A stretch of 49,748 nucleotides of DNA from contig JAWBQF010000018.1 of the NCBI GenBank assembly GCA_038845975.1, forward strand, positions 1 through 49,748, read 5' to 3'. Position numbers and translations under genes: made by a program. Positions 29,569 through 40,131 of this stretch are shown here, one piece after another; positions within the stretch are counted from its first letter, which is position 1, and each line of letters begins with the position of its first letter. The notes beneath the pieces were generated by a model. The model made no database searches and was not told the origin of the DNA. It saw only the letters and a list, made by a program, of their open reading frames with translations. The DNA is from Candidatus Methanomethylicia archaeon. Its GTDB lineage: Archaea > Thermoproteota > Methanomethylicia > CALHIW01.

Positions 29569-29988
29569 ATGCCAATAACTATTAGAGTTAGAGATGTTAT
29601 GGATGCTGATGTCTACTTCATTAATGCTAAACAAAAAGTTTCTGATGCTATTAATTTAATGCTTGAAAAGGGTGTTTGGTCTCTTATTGTTGAAAGAGAG
29701 GGGCTTCCAGTAGGTGTTATTACCGAAAGAGATATTATTAGGAGATGTGTTTCAAAGGGCCGTGACATAAAAACAGTTACTGTAGAGGAAATTATGAGTT
29801 CACCACTAATAACTATAGGCCCTAATGAACCTGTCGGTGAAGCTATGAAGCTTATGGCTGATAAAAAGATTAGGAGAGTATATGTTGTTGAAGAGGGGAA
29901 AATTATTGGTAGAGTAACTCAGACAAAAACCTTTGAACATATGCTAAACATCATGATTGCACTAGCAACATTACCATATCAAATATAG
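29569..29988 (+). CDS. CBS-domain pair protein
   Basis: VRDVM, VGVITERDI, VEEIMSSPLITI; start placed at ATG 29569. Confidence 0.92.
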   Translation: MPITIRVRDVMDADVYFINAKQKVSDAINLMLEKGVWSLIVEREGLPVGVITERDIIRRCVSKGRDIKTVTVEEIMSSPLITIGPNEPVGEAMKLMADKKIRRVYVVEEGKIIGRVTQTKTFEHMLNIMIALATLPYQI

Positions 29989-30410
29989 TGTTTAAACTAA
30001 ACTACTAGACTAAAATACATATAAATTTCATACTTTATATTTTCCCCATATTCATCAGACAACAAACCCTTCTTCCTAACTATTAAGGCTTAAGCATGAA
30101 ATCATATTTAAATAGATATATCAAAACTATTCATAAATCCTCATTACTGTAACCTTAAGTATAGAGGAAATGCGAAGCATAAACAATAATTAGACACGTT
30201 CACACAGTCCATAACCTTAATGTTTAAGTACGGTTCTTCCTACATTAATATAATTAGGGACTATGGATTCTTAAAGGATAAGAGTAATATTCATATTTGA
30301 GGCTTTATTAATCTATTTCTCTGAATTGATAATGTTTCAGCTTCATTATGGTTTGCATTGGTATTAAGGTTTAGCAATAATACTTATATGTTTAGTAATA
30401 TAGTAATACT

Positions 30411-31064
30411 ATGTCTAGCTGGAGTATTAGGAGGATAGAGCTTGCTAGAAGAGTATCTGAAATTCTCTCTGAAACATGTTCAATAAGCTTTGGAGAGTTT
30501 AAGCTTACATCAGGTAAGGTTAGCCCATACTATATAGACATGAGAAGAATACCTGGATATCCTAAAGCCTTCAGGGAAATTGTTGATGTTTATGTTGAGC
30601 TTATATGGAATACTGTTGGAGTTAAAGGATTTGATAGGATTGCAGGCATACCTACTGCTGGAATACCGTATGCAGTAATGGTAGCCTATAAGCTTTCTAA
30701 GCCTTTTCTATATCTTAGAAAGGAAGAGAAGAAGCATGGCTTAGGAAAGCTTGTTGAAGGGGTGATGAATAGAGGGGATAGAGTACTTATAATAGATGAC
30801 TTAATAACAACTGGTGGAAGCATTATTAATGCTGCTAGATCTATAAGGCTTGAGGAAGGATCTGTAAGTGATGTTGTTGTTTTAATAGATAGAGAACAGG
30901 GAGGCTCCAGAAACTTAAAAATGGAGAATCTAAATTTACACTGTTTAACAACCATTTCGGAGCTTATCAATTTCTTAAGGGAGATGAAAGCTATCAGTGA
31001 AGAAAAATATCTAGAAATAGCTAAATATATAGAGAGGGAAAAAACTATCCAGTATTACAAGTAA
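30411..31064 (+). CDS. pyrE: Orotate phosphoribosyltransferase
   Basis: FGEFKLTSGKVSPYYIDMR, RKEEKKHG, VLIIDDLITTGGS, VLIDREQG. Confidence 0.96.
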   Translation: MSSWSIRRIELARRVSEILSETCSISFGEFKLTSGKVSPYYIDMRRIPGYPKAFREIVDVYVELIWNTVGVKGFDRIAGIPTAGIPYAVMVAYKLSKPFLYLRKEEKKHGLGKLVEGVMNRGDRVLIIDDLITTGGSIINAARSIRLEEGSVSDVVVLIDREQGGSRNLKMENLNLHCLTTISELINFLREMKAISEEKYLEIAKYIEREKTIQYYK

Positions 31065-31126
31065 TTTAAGCTTAACCAAGCTTACAGTAGATATTTGGGA
31101 GTATATTGCTTATATGTTTTAGTGAA

Positions 31127-31396
31127 TTATAGTTTTCTCTTTATCCACTTTCCTTTTTCAAGTCTGAATTCATATTTAACATTTCCAATAGTTATTGTTG
31201 CTGTTTTTAATTTTGGATGTTTCTTCTGAATATCCTTGAAAAACTTCTCTACAGCTAGGTCTTCTGAGACTTCACGTATAGTTCCTGTTTCTCTTATTGG
31301 AGCTTTATCTGGAAACGTTATTTCTGCTTTAATAGAAAAGGATTTAGGAGCTTGTGATTCCTTTTTCTCTTCAACTTTCTTAGAGGTTTTACTCAT
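31127..31396 (-). CDS. Small Lys-rich hypothetical protein
   Basis: 89 aa with a strong SD (GGAGGTGA) immediately upstream. Confidence 0.8.
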   Translation of the reverse strand: MSKTSKKVEEKKESQAPKSFSIKAEITFPDKAPIRETGTIREVSEDLAVEKFFKDIQKKHPKLKTATITIGNVKYEFRLEKGKWIKRKL

Positions 31397-31689
31397 TCAT
31401 TCACCTCCATACTCTATATATTTATACTGGATATTTATGTTTTCTTATTTTATACTTTTTATTTATATAATTCATTATTTTATACTTCAAGTTGCTAAAT
31501 GTCGACTTAATCTGATACTTACTATAGGCTTACTCATATAAAGCTTAAAACTTCAAATATGATTTTACATTTAAGCCTTATCTTCTCAACATAACTACTA
31601 AATACTCTACACTTAGCAATCTAAAAGATACTAATTCCTCTAAAATAGGAAGGTTTTTATGTTTCAATGTTTAAGTAAGAGGGGTTACT

Positions 31690-32853
31690 TTGAGGTTTCC
31701 GAAATTTTGCCTTGAAAGATGGCAGAGTCTACGTGAGTATCGCGTTAAAATAAATTTAGCTGAGAGTGGAGTTTATCCATTAACACTTGAAGAGTTAGGT
31801 ATAGAGATTCCTAGTAATTTACTTTTAGGATATGTTATGACTAAGGGGTTAATAGAGCTTAGAGAAGCTATTATTAATATATATGATGTGAAGCTTACCC
31901 GTGAAAATGTTCTAGTTACCAATGGTACTTCTGAAGCTAATCTCCTAGCTGTTTTATCATTGATTAGTAGAGGTAATGAAGTTATTGTTCAAATGCCTAA
32001 CTATATGCAGGTTTACGGGCTGTTAAAGGCTCTTAACGCTAAAGTTAGGGAATGGTGGCTTAAACCTAATGAAGAGTTTAAACCGTCAATAGATCATTTA
32101 AGCAAGCTCTTAAGTAGAAATACTAGAGCAATATTTATTTCAAACCCAAATAATCCAACTGGAAAAGTTTTAAATAATAGGGAATTAAGGGAAATAGCTG
32201 AAATAGCTAGGGAGAATAATGTATTTCTCATATTTGACGAGGTATATCGAGGCTTAGAGCTTGTAGATAACTATACTCCAAGTATACTTGAATACTACGA
32301 TGTAGATAAAACAATTGTAACTAGTGGTTTAAGTAAGGTTTACGGATTACCGGGTATTAGAGTAGGATGGATGATATCCTCAAGAAAAATAATTAATAAG
32401 GCATGGAGTATTAAGGACTATACAACAATATCTATCTCTACTTTAAGTAGCTATGTGGCATCAAAAATTCTACAACCCCAAATAAGAAATAGACTTATTG
32501 AGAGAGCAAGAAGAATTGTAAGTGGAAATCTAATAGTAGCTAAGTCAATAATTTCAAAATCAAAAAACCTATTAAGCCATGTTGAACCTGATGCTGGAGC
32601 CTATATTCTAGTAAAAATACACTTACCAATCAACACGTTAAAACTAGCAGAGAAAATCTATAGAGAGAAAAGCATTTTAGTAAATCCTGGAGAATGCTTT
32701 AACCTACCTGGATACTTTAGAATAGGGCTAGGTGGGCTATCAGAAGAATTAAATGCAGGAATGAAAACAATTACTGAAACTCTACAGAAACTTAACCATA
32801 ATAATAGTGGATCTCATACTAACCATCATAGATCTATATTAGCTGAAATATGA
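31690..32853 (+). CDS. Class I/II PLP-dependent aminotransferase
   Basis: NPNNPTG, DEVY, GLSKVYGLPGIRVGW. Confidence 0.93.
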   Translation: MRFPKFCLERWQSLREYRVKINLAESGVYPLTLEELGIEIPSNLLLGYVMTKGLIELREAIINIYDVKLTRENVLVTNGTSEANLLAVLSLISRGNEVIVQMPNYMQVYGLLKALNAKVREWWLKPNEEFKPSIDHLSKLLSRNTRAIFISNPNNPTGKVLNNRELREIAEIARENNVFLIFDEVYRGLELVDNYTPSILEYYDVDKTIVTSGLSKVYGLPGIRVGWMISSRKIINKAWSIKDYTTISISTLSSYVASKILQPQIRNRLIERARRIVSGNLIVAKSIISKSKNLLSHVEPDAGAYILVKIHLPINTLKLAEKIYREKSILVNPGECFNLPGYFRIGLGGLSEELNAGMKTITETLQKLNHNNSGSHTNHHRSILAEI

Positions 32854-33020
32854 TATTAGGCTATTACTGAAGCCCTAAAACATTAATAACTAGTAAAGTT
32901 TGAATATCTCTAATAACTCTATCTACTCTCTTAAAGTTTGTTTATGAATTTAGTGGATGCAATACATTCTTCCTAATTCTTATAGCTTAAAGTTTATATT
33001 TTTAATTTAGAAGATTATTT

Positions 33021-33563
33021 ATGAAGAGAATATGGTTATTAACTGGTAGACCTGGTATAGGTAAGACAACAGCTATTTTTAGAATAGTTGATGCTCTACG
33101 TGGAAGAAATGTATCTGTAGGCGGTGTTATTTCATTGGAGATTCGGGAGGGAAATGTTAGAGTTGGTTTTAAGCTTATTGATGTTAGAACAGGTAGAGAG
33201 GGGATTTTAGCGCATGTAAATTTTTCTATTGGTCCTCAGGTTGGTAAGTATAGGGTTAATCTTGAAGATTTAAGAAGTATTGCTGCCCAGTCAATACTTG
33301 ATGCTATTAATAGTAGTAGTGTCATTGTATGCGATGAAATTGGACCTATGGAGCTTTACAGTAGAGAGTTTAGAGAAGCTGTATTGAAGGCTATAGAGTC
33401 CGGTAAGATATTTATTGGTACAATACATTATAGGGTAAGGGATAAACTGGTAGATTACGTTAAAAGCCTAAATGAAACTATGGTTATTGAGTTAACGTTT
33501 AGTAATAGGGATGAGGTTCCTAAAGCTATTGTAAATCAAGTATTAAGTATGTTGGAATTATAG
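33021..33563 (+). CDS. Nucleoside-triphosphatase (THEP1/COG1618)
   Basis: TGRPGIGKTT, RVGFKL, VGKYRV, DEIGPMEL. Confidence 0.93.
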   Translation: MKRIWLLTGRPGIGKTTAIFRIVDALRGRNVSVGGVISLEIREGNVRVGFKLIDVRTGREGILAHVNFSIGPQVGKYRVNLEDLRSIAAQSILDAINSSSVIVCDEIGPMELYSREFREAVLKAIESGKIFIGTIHYRVRDKLVDYVKSLNETMVIELTFSNRDEVPKAIVNQVLSMLEL

Positions 33564-34913
33564 CTTTGCTTTAGGTATATGTATAGCTTTCTTATAGGCA
33601 GCCATTACAGCTTCTCTAATAGCTTCAATAATTGTTGGATGGGGATGGGGAATATCTATTATTTCAGATGATGATGCTTCAAGCCTTAATGCTACTAAAG
33701 CCTCCCCAATAATATCTGTAGCTCTTGGACCGACAATATGTACTCCAAGAATCTCCCCGTATTTAGAATCTATTACAACCTTAACCATTCCCTCTCCCTC
33801 CCCTAGTGTTAATGCCCTTCCATTAGCTGAAAATAATGCCCTCCCAACAATTACCTTATATCCTTTAAGTTTAGCCTCTTCCTCAGTTAAACCTATCGAT
33901 GATGCTTCAGGTCCAATATAGATACATTTTGGAATCTTTTCAAGATCTATGGAGATATTTCCTCCTAAAGCGTTTTCAGCTGCTACTATTCCCTCCATGA
34001 ATGCTACATGAGCATACTTTCCACCAGTAACGTCACCTGCAGAATATACGCCATTAATATTTGTCTCCATTTTATTATTAACCCTAACCCATTGATTACT
34101 AAACTCTAAGCCTAAAGCATTAATCTCATCAATTCTAGCTATCCTATATCCTGAAACAATAGCGTCAATAGCTATCTTCCCTCCCCCTTCAAACCTAATT
34201 TCTCTACCATCTTCATTAATACTAAATCTTTTACCAGTTAAAATCTTAACTCCATTTCTAATAAGCCAGCTCTGAATACCTTTTGAAACATCACGATCCA
34301 TATCTGGTAGAACTCCGGGTTTATCATTAACTAGAAATACATTCCTATCCAGTCTCCCCAATATGTATGCTACCTCAACGCTGAAAACATCTTCACCAAT
34401 AATAGCTATGTTTTGGGGTAGTTTATCGATTCCCAGTAGAACACTATCAATACCTAAAACATTACTGGTATTAAATGGATTTACTGTTTTTGATCCTGAT
34501 GCAATAATAAGTCTCCTACATTCAACATCCATTAAGCCGCTAGAGCTTTGAACCTTAACATAACTTGGAGATTGAGGTCTACCAACCCCATTAATAACAG
34601 TTACATCGTAGGATTCAAGAACACTCCTTAAACCATGAGTAAGCTTACTAATAACTTCTTTAACCTCAGACTTTACAGCTTCAATATTTAGTCCTCCTGA
34701 AACATTAAATCCAATCCTTCTAAAATACTCTAGTCTACTAGTAAGCTTCAGAATCTCGATTAAAGCCTTAGAGGGAATACATCCACGATTAAGACAGATC
34801 CCTCCAACCTCAGCATCCTCAATAACAGCAACCTTAACATTAAGCTGTGAAGCTCTTATAGCTGCATGATAGCCAGCAGGACCCCCACCAATAACACATA
34901 AATCAAAAATCAT
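33558..34913 (-). CDS. lpdA: Dihydrolipoyl dehydrogenase (E3)-like flavoprotein
   Basis: GGGPAG, GGICLNRGCIPSK redox disulfide, GDV, HPTIIE; NAD-binding motif degenerate. Confidence 0.88.
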   Translation of the reverse strand: MIFDLCVIGGGPAGYHAAIRASQLNVKVAVIEDAEVGGICLNRGCIPSKALIEILKLTSRLEYFRRIGFNVSGGLNIEAVKSEVKEVISKLTHGLRSVLESYDVTVINGVGRPQSPSYVKVQSSSGLMDVECRRLIIASGSKTVNPFNTSNVLGIDSVLLGIDKLPQNIAIIGEDVFSVEVAYILGRLDRNVFLVNDKPGVLPDMDRDVSKGIQSWLIRNGVKILTGKRFSINEDGREIRFEGGGKIAIDAIVSGYRIARIDEINALGLEFSNQWVRVNNKMETNINGVYSAGDVTGGKYAHVAFMEGIVAAENALGGNISIDLEKIPKCIYIGPEASSIGLTEEEAKLKGYKVIVGRALFSANGRALTLGEGEGMVKVVIDSKYGEILGVHIVGPRATDIIGEALVALRLEASSSEIIDIPHPHPTIIEAIREAVMAAYKKAIHIPKAKL

Positions 34914-35177
34914 AAAGACAAAAAGTAGAAAAACATTTAAACCTTACGATCAGTAAAGATTTTCCTGTTAACCTCCAATATGTAGGCTTCTTTGCTTTAT
35001 GGTTTTCAATAAGCTTATAGAATCGTTAAATCAAAATCTTTAGAAGCTGATTTTACTAGACTTCTAGCTTGTAATTGGAGAATAGAGCTTCTAGAAGCTT
35101 AGAATAGTATCAAGTTATTCTGGGTTTATGCTTACCCTATACAGTTACGTTTAAAAGTTGGATTGTATTGCTCATAT

Positions 35178-35702
35178 ATGATTGAAGTGGAGGTTAAGGT
35201 TAGAGGCTGGGATAATGTTGAGGAGCAAATTATTATGTTAGGGGGAGTATTAATTGGCATTGAGGAGCATCTTGATGTTTATTTTAATCATTCATCTAGG
35301 GATTTTAAAGTTACTGATGAAGCTTTAAGACTTAGAAGAGTAAATTCACATGTTGAGTTAACATATAAAGGTCCTAGGATTGGATCTATATCAAAGACAA
35401 GAGAGGAAATCACATTAACAATAAGCGATTTTAATACGTGTAGGGAGATGCTTAAGAAATTATCCTTTAAAGAGGTTATTGAAGTGTTTAAGGTAAGGAG
35501 AGTTTATAGGCTTAATGAGTTTAAGATTAATCTAGATGATGTTAGAGGTCTCGGTAAATACATTGAGGTTGAAGCTGAAGCATTATCTATAAGTGATATT
35601 CCAAGTGTAGAGGAGAAAGTTAGGAAGCTTCTTGAAGGATTTGGATTTCATGAAGAACAGTTTATAAGGAAAACCTATCTTGAACTGCTTCTTGAAGGCT
35701 GA
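35178..35702 (+). CDS. cyaB: CYTH-domain protein (class IV adenylate cyclase-like)
   Basis: MIEVEVK, DVYF, ALRLR, LTYKGP, GKYIEVE, TYLELL. Confidence 0.9.
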   Translation: MIEVEVKVRGWDNVEEQIIMLGGVLIGIEEHLDVYFNHSSRDFKVTDEALRLRRVNSHVELTYKGPRIGSISKTREEITLTISDFNTCREMLKKLSFKEVIEVFKVRRVYRLNEFKINLDDVRGLGKYIEVEAEALSISDIPSVEEKVRKLLEGFGFHEEQFIRKTYLELLLEG

Positions 35703-35772
35703 GGTAGCCATGATTATACTATTAGTTTCAGCATGATCTATAGCTTTAAATCATTATTTACTTAGATACTTT

Positions 35773-37755
35773 ATGTATCTAGATGTTTTAAAATTTATTA
35801 GTAGGGAGCTTTCAGGTATTAGAGCTAAGGAGTATGTTACTGGTATTTCATGTTTTCATAGGGTTCAATCATCAATAGGTCTTAATGAAGCTATAAACTA
35901 TATTGAAAGTCAACTGAGAAGTTTTGGAATTGAAACATTTACTGAATGTTTCCCAGCTGACGGTAAAACTAGATTCTTCACTTTTACTTCCCCTATATGC
36001 TGGCATGTTGATGATGGTGAATTAATAGTTACTAAACCTAGGGAGATGCTTATTGGAAGATTTAATGATTCTCCAACTCTTATTATTGCTCATAGTGGAT
36101 CTACACCTCCTGAAGGAGTTGAAGCTAATGTTGCTTATGTGGGTAGTGGTGTTAGTGATTTAGATTATTATGGAAGAAATGTTAATGGAAGATTTGTTTT
36201 AGCTTATGGTAGAGCTGTAAATGTTTTCCGTAAAGCTGTTCTAAAGTATAACGCGTTAGGAATTATGGTTTTTCAACGTGATAGAATTGAAACTCCTGAA
36301 GCTATACCGTATCAGAGCTTATGGATTGATTCCGATCTAGTAGATAAAACATGTCCAGCATTTTCAATTCCTCTAAGATATGCTGAGAAAATTATTCATT
36401 GGCTTGAAAGAGGGGAAGATGTTAGAGTTAAAGCTAAAGTATCCTCAAGAATTTATGTAGGAGAATTTAAGGTTTTAAGCGGTATTATTCGCGGTGAATG
36501 CGACGAGGAAATATGGCTTATAGCTCATGCATGCCATCCAAAGCCAAGCGCTAACGATAATGCTTCAGGTAGCGGCTTACTTATTGAAATTGCTAGAACA
36601 TTAAAAACGCTAATTGATAGTGGGAGAATTAATAAGCCTAAGAGAACTCTAAGGTTTCTATGGGTTCCGGAAATAATTGGTACAGTTGCATTTCTAGAAG
36701 CTCATCCGGAGCTTGAGGGGAAAGTTATTGCAGCTTTAAATCTAGATATGGTTGGTGAAAACCAGGAGCAATGCGGCTCAGTATTAACAATAGTTTCAAC
36801 ACCGAACTCAAACCCTTCATTTCTTCCATATCTTGCAGAACATATTGTAGAGATTGTTTCGGAAATGGATGAAGTAAAACACTTCAATAATGTTTCAAAT
36901 CTACCATCATTCAAATATAAACTTACACCATATATTAACGGTAGTGACCACTATATTCTTTCAGATTCAACAATAGGAATCCCCTCCATAGCCTTTATCC
37001 ATTGGCCTGATAAATACTATCATACAGATCTTGACACTATTGATAAGGTTGATCCTAAAGAACTTAAAAGAGTAGGATTAGCTGTATCAGTAATAGCTTT
37101 AATGCTTACAACACCATCGAATAGTGATTTAGAGCTAATTATAGATGAATGCTTAAAAAGACTAATATCAAAAATCTCGTTTGAAAATCAAAAAACAATA
37201 AGTAAAGTAATAAGAGAAGTAACTGAAGGGAAATCTCCAAGTAGAATTGCTAGAGAGCTTACATTAGGATTCATCAAGAATAATGAATATATCGAATTAG
37301 CAGTTAATACTTTAAACTCAATACGTAGAATATATAACTTAACTAGTGAAGATATAGAGGAGGCTATTAAGCTAATTAGGGATTATGGAGAATATGAAGT
37401 TAATCGTTTGAGGAAGATAAGTATTAAACATGATATTCCATTAATAATTGAATATAATGATTATGAATCTAAAGCTAAAGAAATTATTCCTATGAGATGT
37501 TTTAAGGCACCATTGGATTTTAATATGTTTCGTAAACTACTTGGTGAAGACATCTATAATAAATATATTGAAATGTTTAACCATAATAGAAATCTAAGAA
37601 ATATATTTGATGAAGTAATCAACTTTATGAATGGGAAACGTAGCCTACTCGAAATATACTGGAAAGTACTAGCTGAATACGATAATGCCGATTTAAAACA
37701 AATAATGGAATTCGTAGAGGATCTTGAAAAAATAAATCTAGTCAAGCTAGTGTAA
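35773..37755 (+). CDS. M28-family aminopeptidase-like protein with PA domain (DUF4910-like)
   Basis: AHACHP, ANDNASG, WVPE, NLDMVG, GSDH, YYHTDLD; C-terminal wHTH-like region. Confidence 0.85.
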   Translation: MYLDVLKFISRELSGIRAKEYVTGISCFHRVQSSIGLNEAINYIESQLRSFGIETFTECFPADGKTRFFTFTSPICWHVDDGELIVTKPREMLIGRFNDSPTLIIAHSGSTPPEGVEANVAYVGSGVSDLDYYGRNVNGRFVLAYGRAVNVFRKAVLKYNALGIMVFQRDRIETPEAIPYQSLWIDSDLVDKTCPAFSIPLRYAEKIIHWLERGEDVRVKAKVSSRIYVGEFKVLSGIIRGECDEEIWLIAHACHPKPSANDNASGSGLLIEIARTLKTLIDSGRINKPKRTLRFLWVPEIIGTVAFLEAHPELEGKVIAALNLDMVGENQEQCGSVLTIVSTPNSNPSFLPYLAEHIVEIVSEMDEVKHFNNVSNLPSFKYKLTPYINGSDHYILSDSTIGIPSIAFIHWPDKYYHTDLDTIDKVDPKELKRVGLAVSVIALMLTTPSNSDLELIIDECLKRLISKISFENQKTISKVIREVTEGKSPSRIARELTLGFIKNNEYIELAVNTLNSIRRIYNLTSEDIEEAIKLIRDYGEYEVNRLRKISIKHDIPLIIEYNDYESKAKEIIPMRCFKAPLDFNMFRKLLGEDIYNKYIEMFNHNRNLRNIFDEVINFMNGKRSLLEIYWKVLAEYDNADLKQIMEFVEDLEKINLVKLV

Positions 37756-37986
37756 ACTAGCTAAATAATTAAATTAATAGTTTAAAACCTGAAATTCATC
37801 TAGAAGCTAGCTTTTAACTATGGTTTCCATATATTGATTTAATAACTGATTACCTAGTAAAATGAAGAGATATGCTGGTAACTATTTGAAGCTTCACGTA
37901 AATATTTAGGTTGACTATTAACGTTAAATGGTTAGGTTTAAAATTTAGATGGTAGTAAGACTTAAAGACTATAGTAAACTTGAGAA

Positions 37987-39135
37987 TTATTGTTTAGCTA
38001 TTTTGGATTCTAATATTAGAATTAATGGGTTTTCAAGATTCCTTTTAACTTCATTTAGGAATTTTGCTGCTGGAACTCCATCAATAACTTGATGGTTAAA
38101 TACTAGGGTTAGGGTTGTAATTGGCTTTAAATCTAGATCATTATCTTTGGCAACTAATTTATGGTTTACTGATCCAACTCCAAGTATTGCTGTTTGTGGC
38201 GGGTTTATTAATGGTGTAAACGTAGTAACTCCGTAAGGTCCTAGATTTGTTATTGTAAATGTTCCGCCTGTAAGCATTTCAAGTGTTAGCTGTTTTCTTT
38301 CAGCTTTTTCAGTTAATATTTTAATTTCGTTTGAAATTTCTTCAACACTCTTATTGTCAGCATTAAATATTACAGGTGTTATTAATCCCTCCTCTGTATG
38401 TATTGCAACATTTATATTTATGCTATCATATACTGTTACTTCATCTCCTTCAATTGATGAGTTTAGCATTATATGGCTTCTTAATGCCTTAGCGGTAGCC
38501 TTAACTATAAATGCTGTAAGAGATATATCTACTTTTAGAGATTTCTCCATCATCTCTCTAAGCTTAATTAGATCTTCAAAGTCTACATCTACAGTTATGG
38601 AAGCTGACGGTATTGTCCTATGGCTATAGGTTAAACGTTCAGAAATTGTTTTTCTTAAGCCTGATAAATTGAATCTCCTTAACACTCTAGCCCTTCCAGT
38701 CCTAATCAGTACAGCTTCAGTAGATTCCACTTTAACCCTTTCAATTTCTCTAATTACATCATTCTTAGTTATTCTTCCATTAGGTCCTGATCCTTTAACT
38801 CTAGATAGATCAATACCATGCTCCTCAGCAATTCTTCTCGCTATAGGTGTTGCTTTAACTCTAGTTTTCTCTACAGCTTCTACTATTGGTTTAACTTCTC
38901 CAGCTTCAGACACTATTGCTATAATACTTCCAGCTTTAACTTCAGAGTTTTCAGGATACATTATCTTAGTGATAACACCATCAATAGGAGACTCTATTTC
39001 GAATATTGTTTTCTCCCCCTCAACTTTAGCTATTGGTTCTCCTCTTCTAACCAAGTCCCCCTCCCTCTTTATCCATTCAATAATTTTCGCTGTCTCCATT
39101 GCTGGATCAAATCTAGGCATGTAAATATTAACCAT
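37987..39135 (-). CDS. 2-oxoacid/acetoin dehydrogenase E2 (dihydrolipoamide acyltransferase)
   Basis: Lipoyl domain (VEGEKT), E3-binding domain (ATPIARRIAEEHGIDL...GRIT), TFTITNLG, NHQVIDG. Confidence 0.93.
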   Translation of the reverse strand: MVNIYMPRFDPAMETAKIIEWIKREGDLVRRGEPIAKVEGEKTIFEIESPIDGVITKIMYPENSEVKAGSIIAIVSEAGEVKPIVEAVEKTRVKATPIARRIAEEHGIDLSRVKGSGPNGRITKNDVIREIERVKVESTEAVLIRTGRARVLRRFNLSGLRKTISERLTYSHRTIPSASITVDVDFEDLIKLREMMEKSLKVDISLTAFIVKATAKALRSHIMLNSSIEGDEVTVYDSININVAIHTEEGLITPVIFNADNKSVEEISNEIKILTEKAERKQLTLEMLTGGTFTITNLGPYGVTTFTPLINPPQTAILGVGSVNHKLVAKDNDLDLKPITTLTLVFNHQVIDGVPAAKFLNEVKRNLENPLILILESKIAKQ

Positions 39136-39143
39136 TCAACCAC

Positions 39144-40127
39144 CTATTCTAGATACATTACCTTCTTTACAGCCTTAATAATATCCTCCCTACTAGGCAT
39201 ATACATTTTTTCAAGCTGTGGCGAGAATGGAACTGGAATGTTTGGAGCTCCAACTCTAACTATTTCTGCATCAAGATAGCTAAATACATGTTCCTGTATT
39301 GATGCAGCTATTTCAGCCCCAATACCGCCGAATACACAGTCATCTGAAGCTATAACTACACGATTGGTTTTCTTAATAGATTCCGTAATTGTCTTAATAT
39401 CTAGCGGCTGTATTGTTCTTGGATCTATTACTTCAACACTTATATTTTCCTCTTCAAGTATTTTAGCTGCTTCTAATGCTTCATGAACCATTCTTGAAAT
39501 AGCAATTATAGTTACATCGTTTCCAATTCTTTTAATATCTGCCTTTCCGAACTGTATCATGTATTCCTGATCTGGAATCTTGTCTTTAACTCTATGGTAT
39601 AGAATACAGCATTCAATGTAGACTACGGGATTTTCACTTCTAATAGCTGTTTTCATTAGTCCATAAGCATCATATGGTGTTGATGGAAGAGCAATTATTA
39701 TTCCAGGTATGTTAAGAAGTATTGATGGGAAGAATTGGGAATGCTGTGCTCCATGTGCTCTACCTAGACTATACTGTGTCCTAATAACTAGGGGAACCTT
39801 CAGTTCTCCCCCGCTCATAAAGTATATTTTAGCAGCATGATTTATAATTTGCTCTAAGGCTATTGGTAGGAAATCCATATACATTATTTCAACAATAGGC
39901 TTCATACCCATTAATGCAGCTCCAATACCTAAACCTACAATAGCTACTTCAGATATTGGAGTATCAATAACTCTTTCAGCTCCAAACTCCTCATATAGTC
40001 CTCTAGTAACTTTCTGTGCTCCCCCATAAACCCCTATGTCTTCCCCAGCAATGAATACCTTAGGATTTACCTTCATTTCCTCTCTTATAGCTTCTCTTAT
40101 AGCTTCAGCATATGTTAGAGTTCTCAT
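39144..40127 (-). CDS. 2-oxoacid/acetoin dehydrogenase E1 beta subunit
   Basis: GEDIG, DTPISE, GAQHSQ, IDPRTI; SD GGTGAT before ATG 40127. Confidence 0.95.
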   Translation of the reverse strand: MRTLTYAEAIREAIREEMKVNPKVFIAGEDIGVYGGAQKVTRGLYEEFGAERVIDTPISEVAIVGLGIGAALMGMKPIVEIMYMDFLPIALEQIINHAAKIYFMSGGELKVPLVIRTQYSLGRAHGAQHSQFFPSILLNIPGIIIALPSTPYDAYGLMKTAIRSENPVVYIECCILYHRVKDKIPDQEYMIQFGKADIKRIGNDVTIIAISRMVHEALEAAKILEEENISVEVIDPRTIQPLDIKTITESIKKTNRVVIASDDCVFGGIGAEIAASIQEHVFSYLDAEIVRVGAPNIPVPFSPQLEKMYMPSREDIIKAVKKVMYLE

Positions 40128-40131
40128 GGGA

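Noticed and set aside
30209-30268. Weak inverted repeat upstream of pyrE
   Set aside because: Several mismatches, AT-rich, no TSD and no second copy recognised
35178-35702. CyaB as the second-messenger source for the CARF-like regulator
   Set aside because: It lies ~9 kb away among metabolic genes; archaeal CYTH proteins are ubiquitous and often triphosphatases, so there is no evidence of linkage
40081-40105. 12-bp tandem repeat in E1 beta (AIRE-AIRE)
   Set aside because: Ordinary helical sequence in a conserved protein
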